Below, piece by piece: positions 1 to 10,108 of a DNA stretch of 41,996 nucleotides. A program made the position numbers and the translations under genes. The stretch covers positions 1 through 41,996 of the forward strand of contig CAIWXV010000014.1 in assembly GCA_903916765.1 (NCBI GenBank), read 5' to 3'. This DNA is from an uncultured Dehalococcoidia bacterium (lineage in GTDB: Bacteria; Chloroflexota; Dehalococcoidia; Dehalococcoidales; Fen-1064). Position 1 is the stretch's first letter. Every line of letters starts with the position of its first letter. Under the pieces are notes generated by a model, which did not search any database, was not told where the DNA came from, and worked only from the letters and a program-made list of their open reading frames with translations.

Positions 1-1242
1 CATCGTTCCCAGGCCACCGGAAGAAATTAAACTATTTGGCGTATTATACAGATAGTGCTGGGCCGACCACATCTGGTGCTGTCCTACGCCGGTCACAATA
101 GTAGCTTCACCTCTTGTAGCTTGATATATCTGATGAATTACATATTGAGGTAAAACAGAGGAGCTATCTCTGATATCGGTTGACGGATGTTCCCGCCTCC
201 ATGTATCCAGTTGATGCAGCCATTCTCCATGTTGTGCCGGACTGATTGCCTTAATTAAGGGCGAAAGTACTGCCTTCACATCACCGACAATCGGCACATC
301 GACGGTCACGTTTTTCCCGATTTCCGCCGGGTCGATATCGATGTGAATTATTTTAGCATTGGGCGCAAAGGTACTTACCTCAGCAGTGGCGCGGTCATCG
401 AATCGCATACCGATGGCGATGATAACATCGGCGTTATTTACGGCCAGATTGGCATATGCCATACCGTGCATACCCAGCCAGCGGTAGCTTAAAACATGTG
501 ATTCGGGGAAACAGCCGAGTCCGAGCAGCGTTGTTACAACTGGTATCTGTCCTTTCTCAGCCAGTTCTTTCAGTTCTGCGAATGCCTTCGAGATAATCAC
601 ACCCCTGCCGGCAATGATGAGCGGTTTCTGCGCTTCATTAATCATTGCGGCAGCTTTTTGTATCTGTGCCGGATGCCCTTTTAAAGTCAACTTGTCAGTT
701 AGGTCCACCTTCCCCGGGGCATGGTATTCTGTTTCCTCGGTGAACACATCTTTGGGAACATCGACGAGCACCGGACCGGGCCTACCCGTCCGGGCGATAT
801 AAAAAGCCTCTTTGATTGTCTTTGCCAGGGATGCCGCATCACGGACCAGATAATTATGCTTGGTGATGGGTAGAGTGATGCCGGTAATATCGATTTCCTG
901 GAAAGCATCCTTACCGATAAAACGTCGTGCTACCTGCCCGGTGATGGCAACCATCGGGGATGAATCCAGGTAGGCATTGGCGATGCCGGTTACCAGATTG
1001 GTAGCGCCGGGACCCGAAGTAGCAAAGCAAACCCCCACCTTGCCTGTGGCGCGTGCATAACCTTCGGCGGCGTGAGCCGCACACTGTTCGTGCCGCACTA
1101 GGACATGGTGTAACTGGGGAAATTGAGGCAGGGTGTCGTAAAGAGGCAGAATGGCACCTCCGAGAATGCCGAAAATAGTGTCCACTCCCTCTTTTACTAG
1201 ACCATCGAGTAATATTTGTCCACCCGTCATCTTCATCGTCAT
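1..1242 (-). CDS. ilvB: Acetolactate synthase large subunit, 3' end runs off the window
   Basis: Not in the ORF track. Manual translation gives MTMKMTGGQILLDG...FGILGGAILPLYD...HVLVRHEQCAAHAAEGYARATGKVGVCFATSGPGATNLVTG...SSGGLGTM at the window edge. SD AAGGGG upstream; directly follows ilvD. Confidence 0.95.
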   Translation of the reverse strand, partial: MTMKMTGGQILLDGLVKEGVDTIFGILGGAILPLYDTLPQFPQLHHVLVRHEQCAAHAAEGYARATGKVGVCFATSGPGATNLVTGIANAYLDSSPMVAITGQVARRFIGKDAFQEIDITGITLPITKHNYLVRDAASLAKTIKEAFYIARTGRPGPVLVDVPKDVFTEETEYHAPGKVDLTDKLTLKGHPAQIQKAAAMINEAQKPLIIAGRGVIISKAFAELKELAEKGQIPVVTTLLGLGCFPESHVLSYRWLGMHGMAYANLAVNNADVIIAIGMRFDDRATAEVSTFAPNAKIIHIDIDPAEIGKNVTVDVPIVGDVKAVLSPLIKAISPAQHGEWLHQLDTWRREHPSTDIRDSSSVLPQYVIHQIYQATRGEATIVTGVGQHQMWSAQHYLYNTPNSLISSGGLGTM

Positions 1243-1251
1243 AATCCCCTT

Positions 1252-2919
1252 CTACTTATTAAACACTGCGCCTTTACTGGCTGAGCCGACTTTTTCAACG
1301 TAGCGTTTGAGATATCCTGTTTTAACACGCGGTTCGAACTTGCCAACTTTTGCCATTCGTGCGGCTATTTCTTTATCACTTAGTTCTACCTCGAGTTTGC
1401 ACTTGGGAATATCGATATTAATAATATCGCCGTCTTTTAATGCGGCAATCGGTCCTCTCATTGCAGCTTCAGGCGAGATGTGCCCGATGGAAGCACCGCG
1501 CGAACCGCCGGAGAATCGCCCGTCGGTAATGAGTGCCACCGTATCCGTCAAGCCCATGCCACCTAATAGGGAAGTGGGGGTGAGCATTTCTCTCATTCCC
1601 GGTCCGCCCTTAGGACCTTCGTAGCGGATGACCACCACGTCACCGGGTTTGATTTTATTCTTCATAATGGCTTTGGTAACTTCTTCTTCGGAATCGAATA
1701 CCTTGGCGGGTCCCTTATGTTTCAACATTTCCGGAGACACAGCTCCCTTCTTGACCACGGCTCCCTCAGGTGCCAGATTCCCGAAAAGAACAGCTAATCC
1801 GCCGGTTTGCGAGTGTGCTCTGAATTTGGTGCGGATAACTTCGCGGTCAAGAACCTTGCTGCCCGAAATATTTTCGCCGATCGTTTTTCCGGTTACCGTC
1901 ATCAAATCCAAATGTAAAAGGTTTTTGACCTCTTTCATTATCGCCGGGATACCGCCGGCACGGTCGAGGTCTTCGATGCGATTTTCACCGGCAGGACTGA
2001 GTTTACTGATATAAGGTGTCCGTTTACTGATTTCATTTATCTTTTCCAATGGGAAGTTGATACCTGCTTCGTTAGCAATTGCCGGCAGGTGCAAAACGGA
2101 GTTGGTACTGCCGCCCAGCGCCATATCTACGACGAAGGCATTTTCCAAAGATTTCTCATTAATGATGTCTCTCGGTCTGATATTTTTAGCGAGTATCTTT
2201 ATTATTTGTTCGCCGGCTTTTCTCGCCAGTTGAATGCGTCTCGTGTCAGCTGCGGGAATGGTGCCGTTGCCGGGCAGTGCCATTCCTATTGCTTCCGTCA
2301 AACAGTTCATCGTATTGGCAGTGAACATTCCGGCGCAACTTCCGCAACCGGGACAGGCTAGTTCTTCCAATTCAGCCAGTTCTGCTTCGGTCATCTTTTT
2401 ACTGTTGACTTTACCGACGCCTTCAAATACCGAGATTAAATCGATGACTTTAGATTTGCCGTCCACGTTTATGTGCCCAGCCATCATCGGACCGCCGCTG
2501 ATGAATATTGCCGGCAGGTTCAATCTGACTGCCGCCATCAGCATTCCTGGGATGATTTTATCGCAGTTGGGAATGAAAACGAGGCCGTCGAACTGGTGAG
2601 CCTCTACCACCACTTCGGCGGAATCGGCAATCAATTCTCTGCTGGGTAGACTGTATTTCATTCCGGCATGATTCATTGCGATACCGTCGCAGATTGCAAT
2701 GGTATTCATTTCGAACGGAATGCCGCCACCCTGATAGACACCTTCTTTCACCGCCTGAGCGATAGCATCGAGGTGCATGTGTCCGGGGACAATCTCGTTA
2801 TAGCTGTTAACAATACCGATAAAAGGCTTGCTCATATCTGCCTTGCTGACGCCGACGGCATGGAGCAAAGCCCGGTGGCCGGCGCGTTCTATGCCTTTTT
2901 TGATTGCATCGCTTCTCAT
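1252..2919 (-). CDS. ilvD: Dihydroxy-acid dehydratase
   Basis: Motifs [47 protein letters not shown]; SD GGGGGA. Confidence 0.97.
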   Translation of the reverse strand: MRSDAIKKGIERAGHRALLHAVGVSKADMSKPFIGIVNSYNEIVPGHMHLDAIAQAVKEGVYQGGGIPFEMNTIAICDGIAMNHAGMKYSLPSRELIADSAEVVVEAHQFDGLVFIPNCDKIIPGMLMAAVRLNLPAIFISGGPMMAGHINVDGKSKVIDLISVFEGVGKVNSKKMTEAELAELEELACPGCGSCAGMFTANTMNCLTEAIGMALPGNGTIPAADTRRIQLARKAGEQIIKILAKNIRPRDIINEKSLENAFVVDMALGGSTNSVLHLPAIANEAGINFPLEKINEISKRTPYISKLSPAGENRIEDLDRAGGIPAIMKEVKNLLHLDLMTVTGKTIGENISGSKVLDREVIRTKFRAHSQTGGLAVLFGNLAPEGAVVKKGAVSPEMLKHKGPAKVFDSEEEVTKAIMKNKIKPGDVVVIRYEGPKGGPGMREMLTPTSLLGGMGLTDTVALITDGRFSGGSRGASIGHISPEAAMRGPIAALKDGDIINIDIPKCKLEVELSDKEIAARMAKVGKFEPRVKTGYLKRYVEKVGSASKGAVFNK

Positions 2920-2945
2920 TTTAGTCCCCCTTGAAATCGGTAATT

Positions 2946-2973
2946 AAAAAAAAAGCCGTCCCTGTGGGACGGC
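2946..2973 (-). terminator. Attenuator terminator upstream of ilvD
   Basis: Minus strand GCCGTCCC-ACA-GGGACGGC followed by T9, lying between the leader ORF and the ilvD start. Confidence 0.9.
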
Positions 2974-2998
2974 CCCAAATGCGCGGAGACGAGCCCAC

Positions 2999-3052
2999 TC
3001 ACTGGCTTAAATATGTAACAATAAGTACGAGAGAAAACGTCAAACTATTCAT
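2999..3052 (-). CDS. ilv operon leader peptide, MNSLTFSLVLIVTYLSQ (17 aa)
   Basis: ATG to TGA, 7 of 17 codons are Leu/Val/Ile with core LVLIV; lies between the promoter and the terminator upstream of ilvD-ilvB. Confidence 0.85.
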   Translation of the reverse strand: MNSLTFSLVLIVTYLSQ

Positions 3053-3061
3053 AATAAAGCT

Positions 3062-3091
3062 AAGATAACATAATCTAAGAGTAGTTGTCAA
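3062..3091 (-). promoter_or_regulatory. Sigma70-type promoter for the ilv leader
   Basis: TTGACA-18 nt-TATCTT with TGn extension; the leader ATG is 9 nt downstream. Confidence 0.75.
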
Positions 3092-3106
3092 ATCTTGTTC
3101 CATTCC

Positions 3107-3211
3107 TACTGTCATACTGAGCGAAGCGAATGTATCTGAGGGGTAGGGCGAGGTGAGTACCGCCCCTCTCTGAGATTCATTCAGTCGCTACACTCCTTCA
3201 GAATGACAGTA
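3107..3211. repeat. REP-like palindromic miniature element
   Basis: Terminal inverted repeat TACTGTCATACTGA...TCAGAATGACAGTA, internal GCGAAGCGAA motif and an inner hairpin (GAGGGG...GGGCG/CGCCCCTC). Confidence 0.7.
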
Positions 3212-3227
3212 CAGGGGCAATGATGTT

Positions 3228-3662
3228 TTACTTCTCCATCGCGTTTATCATATAGACTCTCTGCTGGTGCCTGCCGCCTTCGAATCTGGTAGTAAGGAAT
3301 GCCTTTACCATCTCATTTAGTTGCGACTGGTCGTTTTTCGCACCCAGACAGAGAATATTGGCATCGTTGTGCTGTCGTGAACGAGTTGCTGTGAATTCAT
3401 TGAATACCGTTGCCGCTCTGATGCCTTTGACCTTATTCGCTGCAATACACATTCCGATACCGGTGCTGCAGATGAGAATCCCCCGTTCGAATTTACCTGA
3501 TGTAACTGCTTCCCCGACCTTTTCAGCGATTTCGGGATAATCGGCTCTCTCTTCGGTATAGACCCCAAAATCTTTATATTCCTGTCCTGCTTCTTCAAGC
3601 AGTTTCGTTACCCTTTGTTTTAAGACAAATCCTCTGTGGTCGCTACCGATGGCAATGTGCAT
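3228..3662 (-). CDS. rpiB: Ribose-5-phosphate isomerase B
   Basis: MHIAIGSDHRG, ICSTGIGMCIAANKVKGIRA, RQHNDANILCLG, FEGGRHQQR. Start moved to ATG 3662, just after the tsaC stop. Confidence 0.95.
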   Translation of the reverse strand: MHIAIGSDHRGFVLKQRVTKLLEEAGQEYKDFGVYTEERADYPEIAEKVGEAVTSGKFERGILICSTGIGMCIAANKVKGIRAATVFNEFTATRSRQHNDANILCLGAKNDQSQLNEMVKAFLTTRFEGGRHQQRVYMINAMEK

Positions 3663-3663
3663 A

Positions 3664-4296
3664 TTATCCCTCCACTGTCGATGCGATGTCGGGTAAGATT
3701 TTTCTGAGTTTTTCCACTGTGATAGCGCCTTGACGCCGGACAATCGGTTTTTCTCCCGAAAGGTCGACGATTGTGGATTCAATGCCTCCGGGGCATCTTC
3801 CTCCGTCGATTAGCATATCGATTTTGTCACCGATTTGTTTTTTTACTTCACCGGCGGTAAGCGGACTGGGATGACCGCTCAGGTTGGCGCTGGTGCCGAC
3901 AATCGGTTTACCCAACCCTTCGATTAGAGCCAGAGCCACGGGGTTGTTGGGAATGCGGAAAGCGACTGTTTTGCCGCCGGCGGTAATAATATCAGGCACG
4001 ATGTCCGATTTGGGCAGGATGATTGTCAGAGCACCGGGTAGAAATTCGGAGATAAGCCGTCGTGCCGATGGTGGGATAGAAATAACTATCTGCTCAATCT
4101 GTGCATAATCGGCGACTAAAAGCGGAAGAGCCATTCCCTTGGGGCGTCCTTTAACTTGAAAGATGCGCTCGATGGCAGGGATATTTGCCATACTGGCACC
4201 CAGTCCGTAGATGGTATCGGTAGGGTAAGCGATAACGCCACCTTCCCGCAGGATGGAGACAGCTTTTTTAATCTGTTTTTCTTTGTTTATCTCCAC
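3664..4296 (-). CDS. tsaC: L-threonylcarbamoyladenylate synthase (YrdC/TsaC, short form)
   Basis: YPTDTIYGLG, KGRP, LPGALTII, TSANLSG, STIVD. GTG start at 4296 inferred from the promoter position. Confidence 0.92.
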   Translation of the reverse strand: MEINKEKQIKKAVSILREGGVIAYPTDTIYGLGASMANIPAIERIFQVKGRPKGMALPLLVADYAQIEQIVISIPPSARRLISEFLPGALTIILPKSDIVPDIITAGGKTVAFRIPNNPVALALIEGLGKPIVGTSANLSGHPSPLTAGEVKKQIGDKIDMLIDGGRCPGGIESTIVDLSGEKPIVRRQGAITVEKLRKILPDIASTVEG

Positions 4297-4302
4297 GAAT
4301 CT

Positions 4303-4311
4303 AGTATAGCA
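4303..4311 (-). promoter_or_regulatory. Extended -10 promoter, probable leaderless tsaC
   Basis: TGCTATACT ends 6 nt before the GTG; no SD. Confidence 0.6.
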
Positions 4312-4442
4312 CAGAGGCATTTCTCAGACGAAAAGTACTGCGTAAATTTTGCCTAGTGCCACTTTGTAAAAATTTAGGTTATAATATGGTTACATTTTTC
4401 TTGAAATGTCATTGATGAGCTGGAGCGGAGGACTTTAAGTTT

Positions 4443-6128
4443 ATGAGTAAAGAGCAGGAGCAACCGAAACAAAACCCCACCGGAAGAGTCGCTACGAGTG
4501 GTGATATTGAAGTCACCACGTATCTGGAGATTGCCAAAGAGAAGGGAGGTGTTCAACCATCACCTTCACAACAGCCTATTCCTGACGTAGAACGTGAAGT
4601 TATCGTTGTTCTGGATTTTGGTTCACAGTACAGTCTGCTCATCGCTCGCCGCATCCGTGAATGCAATGTTTACAGCGAATTGTTACCTTTCGATACTCCC
4701 TGGGAGAAAATTGCTAATCTGAAACCGAAGGGAATCATCATGTCCGGTGGTCCCTCCAGCGTCTATGAGGCAGGAGCGCCGTTAGCTCCGTCATACATAT
4801 ATGAAAGCCGTTTGCCGGTATTGGGTATCTGTTATGGTATGCAGGCAATGACTCACCAGTTGGGTGGCAAAGTTATCTCTGCCACCAAGCGGGAATACGG
4901 TCATGCGGTTCTGCATGTTAGCGACCGTGATTCATCGCTCTTTGCCGGATTGGATTCTGACCTGACGGTGTGGATGAGCCATGGCGATAGTATCGAGCAA
5001 ATGCCGCCAGGATTCAGAGCGTTAGCACATACCGAGAATACCCCATGTGCCGCAATCGGCAATGACAAAGGAATGTATGGCATCCAGTTCCATCCTGAGG
5101 TAATTCATACTCCACAGGGCAAGGCGATCTTGAAAAATTTCGCTTACAATATCTGCGGTTGTAAAGGTAACTGGACAATCGGCAATTTCATCGCTGAGAA
5201 CATTGCTGCAATTCAAGCTCAGGTGGGGAAAGGCAAGGTCATCAGCGCGCTCTCGGGCGGTGTCGATTCGGCAGTGGTTGCGAGCCTGATTCACAGAGCA
5301 ATTGGCAATCAACTTACCTGTATCTTTGTCAATAATGGACTCCTGAGACGTGAGGAAGTGGAAAGGACTTTCAATACTTTCCGTCTCAATATGGGGATGA
5401 ACATCATCTTCGTCGATGCCGCAGAGCGATTTTTGAATCGATTGAAGGGAATTACCGACCCGGAGCAGAAGCGCAAGACTATCGGCGAGGAATTTATCAA
5501 TATTTTTGAAGAAGAAGCCACTAAACTGGGCAAAGTAGATTTTCTGGCTCAGGGCACACTTTACCCTGATGTTATCGAGAGCGCATCATCAGGCAGTACT
5601 GCCTCTGCAAAAATTAAGACTCACCATAATGTCGGTGGGTTGCCTGCCAAGATGAGATTGAAGCTGATTGAACCTCTGCGCTATCTCTTCAAGGATGAAG
5701 TGCGGAAAGTGGGGTTGGAGCTTGGTTTGCCGGAAGAAATGGTCTGGCGTCAGCCTTTCCCGGGACCGGGTTTATCCATCCGTGTCATCGGTGAGGTGAC
5801 CAAAGAGAAGCTGGAGATTTTGCGCTCCGCCGACTTCGTTTTGATGAATGAAATCAAGAAGGCGAAGCTGTATCGTCAGTTGTGGCAGAGTTTTGCTGTA
5901 CTTACCGAAGTCAGGTCGGTAGGGGTAATGGGCGACCATCGTACCTACGGTTATCTGGTGGGTATTCGTGCTGTTACCAGTGAGGACGCAATGACCGCAG
6001 ACTGGGCGCGTCTGCCTTATGACGTGCTGGCACGTATCTCAAATCGTATCGTCAATGAAGTCCCTGAAGTGAACAGGGTGGTTTATGATATTACCTCCAA
6101 ACCGCCTTCAACAATTGAGTGGGAGTAA
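4443..6128 (+). CDS. guaA: GMP synthase (glutamine-hydrolysing) with an N-terminal extension of about 50 aa
   Basis: [45 protein letters not shown]; SD GGAGGA. Confidence 0.97.
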   Translation: MSKEQEQPKQNPTGRVATSGDIEVTTYLEIAKEKGGVQPSPSQQPIPDVEREVIVVLDFGSQYSLLIARRIRECNVYSELLPFDTPWEKIANLKPKGIIMSGGPSSVYEAGAPLAPSYIYESRLPVLGICYGMQAMTHQLGGKVISATKREYGHAVLHVSDRDSSLFAGLDSDLTVWMSHGDSIEQMPPGFRALAHTENTPCAAIGNDKGMYGIQFHPEVIHTPQGKAILKNFAYNICGCKGNWTIGNFIAENIAAIQAQVGKGKVISALSGGVDSAVVASLIHRAIGNQLTCIFVNNGLLRREEVERTFNTFRLNMGMNIIFVDAAERFLNRLKGITDPEQKRKTIGEEFINIFEEEATKLGKVDFLAQGTLYPDVIESASSGSTASAKIKTHHNVGGLPAKMRLKLIEPLRYLFKDEVRKVGLELGLPEEMVWRQPFPGPGLSIRVIGEVTKEKLEILRSADFVLMNEIKKAKLYRQLWQSFAVLTEVRSVGVMGDHRTYGYLVGIRAVTSEDAMTADWARLPYDVLARISNRIVNEVPEVNRVVYDITSKPPSTIEWE

Positions 6129-6131
6129 ATC

Positions 6132-6165
6132 AGAATATCCTTCGTCTGAAGGACTCGTAACGACA
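6132..6165. repeat. Degenerate right half of a REP-like element
   Basis: ATATCCTTCGTC...ACTCGTAACGACA resembles the right arm (..TTCGTC..CTCGCAATGAC type) of the element family seen at 3107 and 41941. Confidence 0.35.
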
Positions 6166-6178
6166 AAAAAAGAGGTGC

Positions 6179-7447
6179 GTGGTGAAAATTCTAGTTGTCG
6201 GTAACGGTGCTAGAGAACACACTATCGTCTGGAAACTATCACAAAGCACTAAGGTTAAAGAACTCTATACTGCCCCCGGTAATGCCGGCACGGCGCGTAT
6301 TTCCCAGAATCTCGATATTGATGCCACAGATATCAAATCGCTGGCAAAAACGGCACAGCAAAAGAAAATCGACCTTGTCGTCGTCGGACCGGAAATGCCG
6401 CTATCTAAGGGCATCGTCGACCATCTCGAAAGTCTGGGTATCCCTACTTTCGGGGCAAGCAGACTGGCCGCGGAAATCGAGTCCAGTAAGGTTTTCTCTA
6501 AAGCATTGATGCAGCAATATAATATCCCCTGTGCTAAAAGTATCAATTTCTCCGATTATGCTCAGGCAAAAGAATATGTGCAACAACAGAAACCGCCGGT
6601 TGTTATCAAAGCCGATGGATTGGCAGCGGGTAAAGGTGTCGTTGTTGCCGGTACTATTGACGAAGCTCTGGCGGCTCTTGCCGATTTTATGCAGTCGAAG
6701 AAGCTCGGCGCGGCAGCGAATCAAGTGCTGGTGGAAGAATACCTTTCAGGCAGGGAGATGAGTTATTTTGCTTTTAGCGATGGGATCAATGTTGTGCCGA
6801 TGGTCTCAGCCTGCGATTACAAACGTGTTAATGACGGCGACCGTGGTCCGAATACTGGTGGTATGGGCAGTTATAGCCCGCCTGTTTTTAGCAGTGCCGC
6901 GCTTCAGAAGAAGGCAATGGAAACGATTATGGTACCGACGATTAAAGCGATGGCTCAGGAAGGCAGACCGTACCGTGGTGTGCTTTACGGCGGTTTGATG
7001 GTGAATAAAGAAAGTGTCAAAGTGCTGGAGTTCAATGCCCGTTTCGGAGACCCTGAAACACAGGTTATTCTACCGCGACTAAAAACTGATTTAGTAGAAA
7101 TTATTCTGGCAATTATCAAGGGAAAGCTTAGCCAGATGAAAATCGAATCTACCGACGATGTTTGTGTTGGTGTGGTGATGGCGTCAGGCGGCTACCCCGG
7201 AAGTTACAAGACGGGTATTCCTATCGACGGTTTGCATGATGTCGATAAAGATATTATGGTTTTCCACGCCGGCACGAAAATCGGTGCCACTCCCTGGGAA
7301 GTGCTGACTAACGGCGGGCGTGTTTTGACAGTGGTGGCAATGGGTAAAACAATCGCTCAGGCACGAGAAAAAGTCTATGAGAATATTTCACGAATCAAGT
7401 TTGAGGGAGCACATTACCGGAAAGATATTGCACTATTCAAATCCTAA
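6179..7447 (+). CDS. purD: Phosphoribosylamine-glycine ligase
   Basis: GAREH, KADGLAAGKGV, GPNTGGMG, EFNARFGDPETQ, TNGGRVL. Confidence 0.97.
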   Translation: MVKILVVGNGAREHTIVWKLSQSTKVKELYTAPGNAGTARISQNLDIDATDIKSLAKTAQQKKIDLVVVGPEMPLSKGIVDHLESLGIPTFGASRLAAEIESSKVFSKALMQQYNIPCAKSINFSDYAQAKEYVQQQKPPVVIKADGLAAGKGVVVAGTIDEALAALADFMQSKKLGAAANQVLVEEYLSGREMSYFAFSDGINVVPMVSACDYKRVNDGDRGPNTGGMGSYSPPVFSSAALQKKAMETIMVPTIKAMAQEGRPYRGVLYGGLMVNKESVKVLEFNARFGDPETQVILPRLKTDLVEIILAIIKGKLSQMKIESTDDVCVGVVMASGGYPGSYKTGIPIDGLHDVDKDIMVFHAGTKIGATPWEVLTNGGRVLTVVAMGKTIAQAREKVYENISRIKFEGAHYRKDIALFKS

Positions 7448-7470
7448 ATTCCAATATCGAAATACTAAAT
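7439..7470 (+). repeat. Degenerate heptamer tandem repeat overlapping the purD stop
   Basis: AAATCCT AAATTCC AATATCG AAATACT AAAT; same unit type as 12186-12307. Confidence 0.5.
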
Positions 7471-7485
7471 AGAGGTGTAAGGACA

Positions 7486-7950
7486 ATGGCACTAGTCGGT
7501 GTGGTAATAGGGTCTAAATCGGATATGGAAGCAATGCAACCTTGCCTTGATATTCTTAAAGAACTAGGAATTGAGCACGAGGTTAATGTCATTTCGGCAC
7601 ACCGCACTCCTGAAAAAGCCCGGCATTACGGGCAAACGGCACGGGAACGGGGCATCGAAGTTGTCATTGCTGCCGCTGGTGGTGCTGCTCATCTGCCAGG
7701 AGTGCTGGCAAGTTGGACTACTATCCCGATTATTGGTGTGCCGCTACCCAGCGGTGAATTAAAAGGTGTTGATGCTCTCTATTCTATCGTGCAAATGCCT
7801 GCCGGTATCCCTGTTGCCTGTGTTGCGGTGGGTACGGCGGGAGCTAAAAATGCTGCCTATCTTGCCGCCGAGATTCTCGGCTTAAAATATGATAATATCA
7901 AAAGGGCATACGAAGAATACCGGAAGAAATTGCAAGGAGACGGCAAATGA
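7486..7950 (+). CDS. purE: N5-CAIR mutase
   Basis: GSKSD, SAHRTP, AGGAAHLPG, SIVQMPAGIPV. Confidence 0.97.
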   Translation: MALVGVVIGSKSDMEAMQPCLDILKELGIEHEVNVISAHRTPEKARHYGQTARERGIEVVIAAAGGAAHLPGVLASWTTIPIIGVPLPSGELKGVDALYSIVQMPAGIPVACVAVGTAGAKNAAYLAAEILGLKYDNIKRAYEEYRKKLQGDGK

Positions 7951-9257
7951 TAGAGAGGTATTGCCGACCGGCGATGAAAGAAGTTTGGTCGGATGAAAAC
8001 AAATTTAATAAATGGCTCGAAGTCGAGATTGCCGCTTGTGAAGCTTGGGCTCAATTAGGGGTTATTCCTAGACAGGCTATTTCTAAAATCAAGATGGCGC
8101 GCATCAATTTCAAAAAGATGGATGAGCTTTTCAAAGAGACTCACCATGATGTTACGGCTTTTCTAGGTGCTATTGCCGATAGTGTTGGGGAGGAATCGCG
8201 CTATATCCATCTCGGTATGACTTCCTCCGATGTGATGGATACGGCTCTCAGCTTACAGCTTATCGAGGCTTCGGACATACTCGCTGATGATATTAAAGAA
8301 TTGATTTCCGTCCTCGGGAGTATGGCAATCAAGTATAAGCATACCCCGATGACCGGTCGGACTCATGGTGTTCACGCCGAACCGATTACTTTCGGTTTGA
8401 AGCTGGCATTATGGTTTGCCGAGATGAATCGTAACCGTCAGCGTCTCCAGGAAGCCAGAAGAATGATTGGGGTTGGTAAGGTTTCAGGGGCAGTGGGTAC
8501 TTATGCCACACTATCGCCGCAGGTGGAAGAAAAAGCCTGCGCTAAATTAGGGCTTGCCCCGGCGCCGATATCGAATCAAGTACTCCAGCGTGACCGCCAT
8601 GCCCAATTCGTCACTACGTTGGCAATTATTGCCAGTTCGCTGGAAAAATTTGCTACGGAGATAAGGGCTTTACAGAAAACCGAGGTGAGGGAAGTCGAAG
8701 AGCCTTTCAGCCCCGGTCAGACGGGTAGCTCGGCGATGCCCCACAAGCGCAATCCTGAGCTTTGTGAAAGAGTATGCGGTATTGCAAGATTGGTTAGAGG
8801 CTATTCCGTGACTTCGATGGAAAATATTACTCTGTGGCATGAGCGTGATATCAGCCATTCTTCTACGGAACGGGTTATTTTGCCCGATGCCTGTCTGGTG
8901 CTCGACTACTCTCTGACGGTCTTTACTTCCGTAATGAAGGGCTTGCAGGTTTATCCTAAGCAGATGAAAAAGAATATGGATATTACCCGGGGCCTGCTTT
9001 TCTCCCAGAGAGTTTTACTGGCTTTAATCGATAAAGGTCTCAGCCGTCAGAATGCCTATAAATTAGTACAGCGCAACGCTATGAAAACATGGCAGGGGAG
9101 TAAGAGATTTATCAATCTGCTGAAAGCTGATGCCGAAGTAATGGCAGTTTTGTCTCCCACGGAGCTTGAGTCATTGTTTGAAATCCAGTATTATCTGCGC
9201 TATGTGGATGAGGTTTTTGAGCGGTTGGGCTTAACCGGAAAACAGTGGGCAGAGTAG
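7947..9257 (+). CDS. purB: Adenylosuccinate lyase
   Basis: MIERY, GRTHGVHAEP, GSSAMPHKRNP, HERDISHSSTER; ATGA overlap with purE. Confidence 0.97.
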   Translation: MIERYCRPAMKEVWSDENKFNKWLEVEIAACEAWAQLGVIPRQAISKIKMARINFKKMDELFKETHHDVTAFLGAIADSVGEESRYIHLGMTSSDVMDTALSLQLIEASDILADDIKELISVLGSMAIKYKHTPMTGRTHGVHAEPITFGLKLALWFAEMNRNRQRLQEARRMIGVGKVSGAVGTYATLSPQVEEKACAKLGLAPAPISNQVLQRDRHAQFVTTLAIIASSLEKFATEIRALQKTEVREVEEPFSPGQTGSSAMPHKRNPELCERVCGIARLVRGYSVTSMENITLWHERDISHSSTERVILPDACLVLDYSLTVFTSVMKGLQVYPKQMKKNMDITRGLLFSQRVLLALIDKGLSRQNAYKLVQRNAMKTWQGSKRFINLLKADAEVMAVLSPTELESLFEIQYYLRYVDEVFERLGLTGKQWAE

Positions 9258-9305
9258 CCGGAATTAGTTTAGTGGAGCCGCGATTTATTACCTTAAATTT
9301 TTGCG

Positions 9306-10084
9306 ATGAATATTAGAAAGTATAACCAGATTGTCTGGGATAACGAAGTAAAAAAGGGAAATAAGTGGACAGTTCCGGTCAGTCCGGAAGTGGTCAAACA
9401 GGCGCGTGAAGGTAATTGGCAGATTGTTCTGACTCCAACTATTCCAGTGCTTAAAGATTGGTTCCCCCTGCTAAATGCTTTGGATGTGCTTTGCCTCGCT
9501 TCAGGAGGCGGACAACAGGGACCGATTCTGGCAGCCGCGGGTGCTAATGTAACCGTTCTCGATAATTCTCCTATGCAATTGGAGGGTGACCGTTACGTCA
9601 CTGAAAGAGATTCTCTCATTATCCGAATCGTAGAGGGTGATATGAGAGACCTCAGCCAGTTTGCAGATGCTAGTTTTGGCTTGATAGTTCATCCTATTTC
9701 TGATAATTTTGTGCCGGATGTGCGTGTCATCTGGAAAGAAGCTTTTCGGGTTTTACGTAAAGGTGGCGTGTTATTATCAGGATTTATGAATTCGGCAATT
9801 TACCTTTTCGATTGGGAACTGGCAGAGAGCACTGGCAAATTGCATGTAAAATATAAGATTCCTTACGCGGATGTGACAGATTTGGATGAGCCTGAAAAAC
9901 AAAGAAGACTGGCAAAAGGCGAACCGATGGAATTCAGCCACACATTGGATGACCTGATTGGCGGGCAGATAGATGCCGGGTTTGTAATTACCGGTTTTTA
10001 TGAAGATAGACAGGGACCGGAAACTAAAGACCCGGTGTGCCATACATGGCAACATCCATTGCCACCCGCGCAGTGAAGATGTAA
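9306..10084 (+). CDS. Class I SAM-dependent methyltransferase with a probable 1-nt deletion near the 3' end
   Basis: Motif [13 protein letters not shown] and RVLRKGGVL. The called ORF ends at 10076; the shifted frame reads [13 protein letters not shown]-stop to 10084, which looks like the normal tail. Confidence 0.8.
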
Positions 10085-10108
10085 AAACTTATTTTGGATT
10101 TTTCAAAT

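Noticed and set aside
4374-4442. Purine riboswitch upstream of guaA-purDEB
   Set aside because: The region after TATAAT is short and lacks the aptamer core and a terminator.
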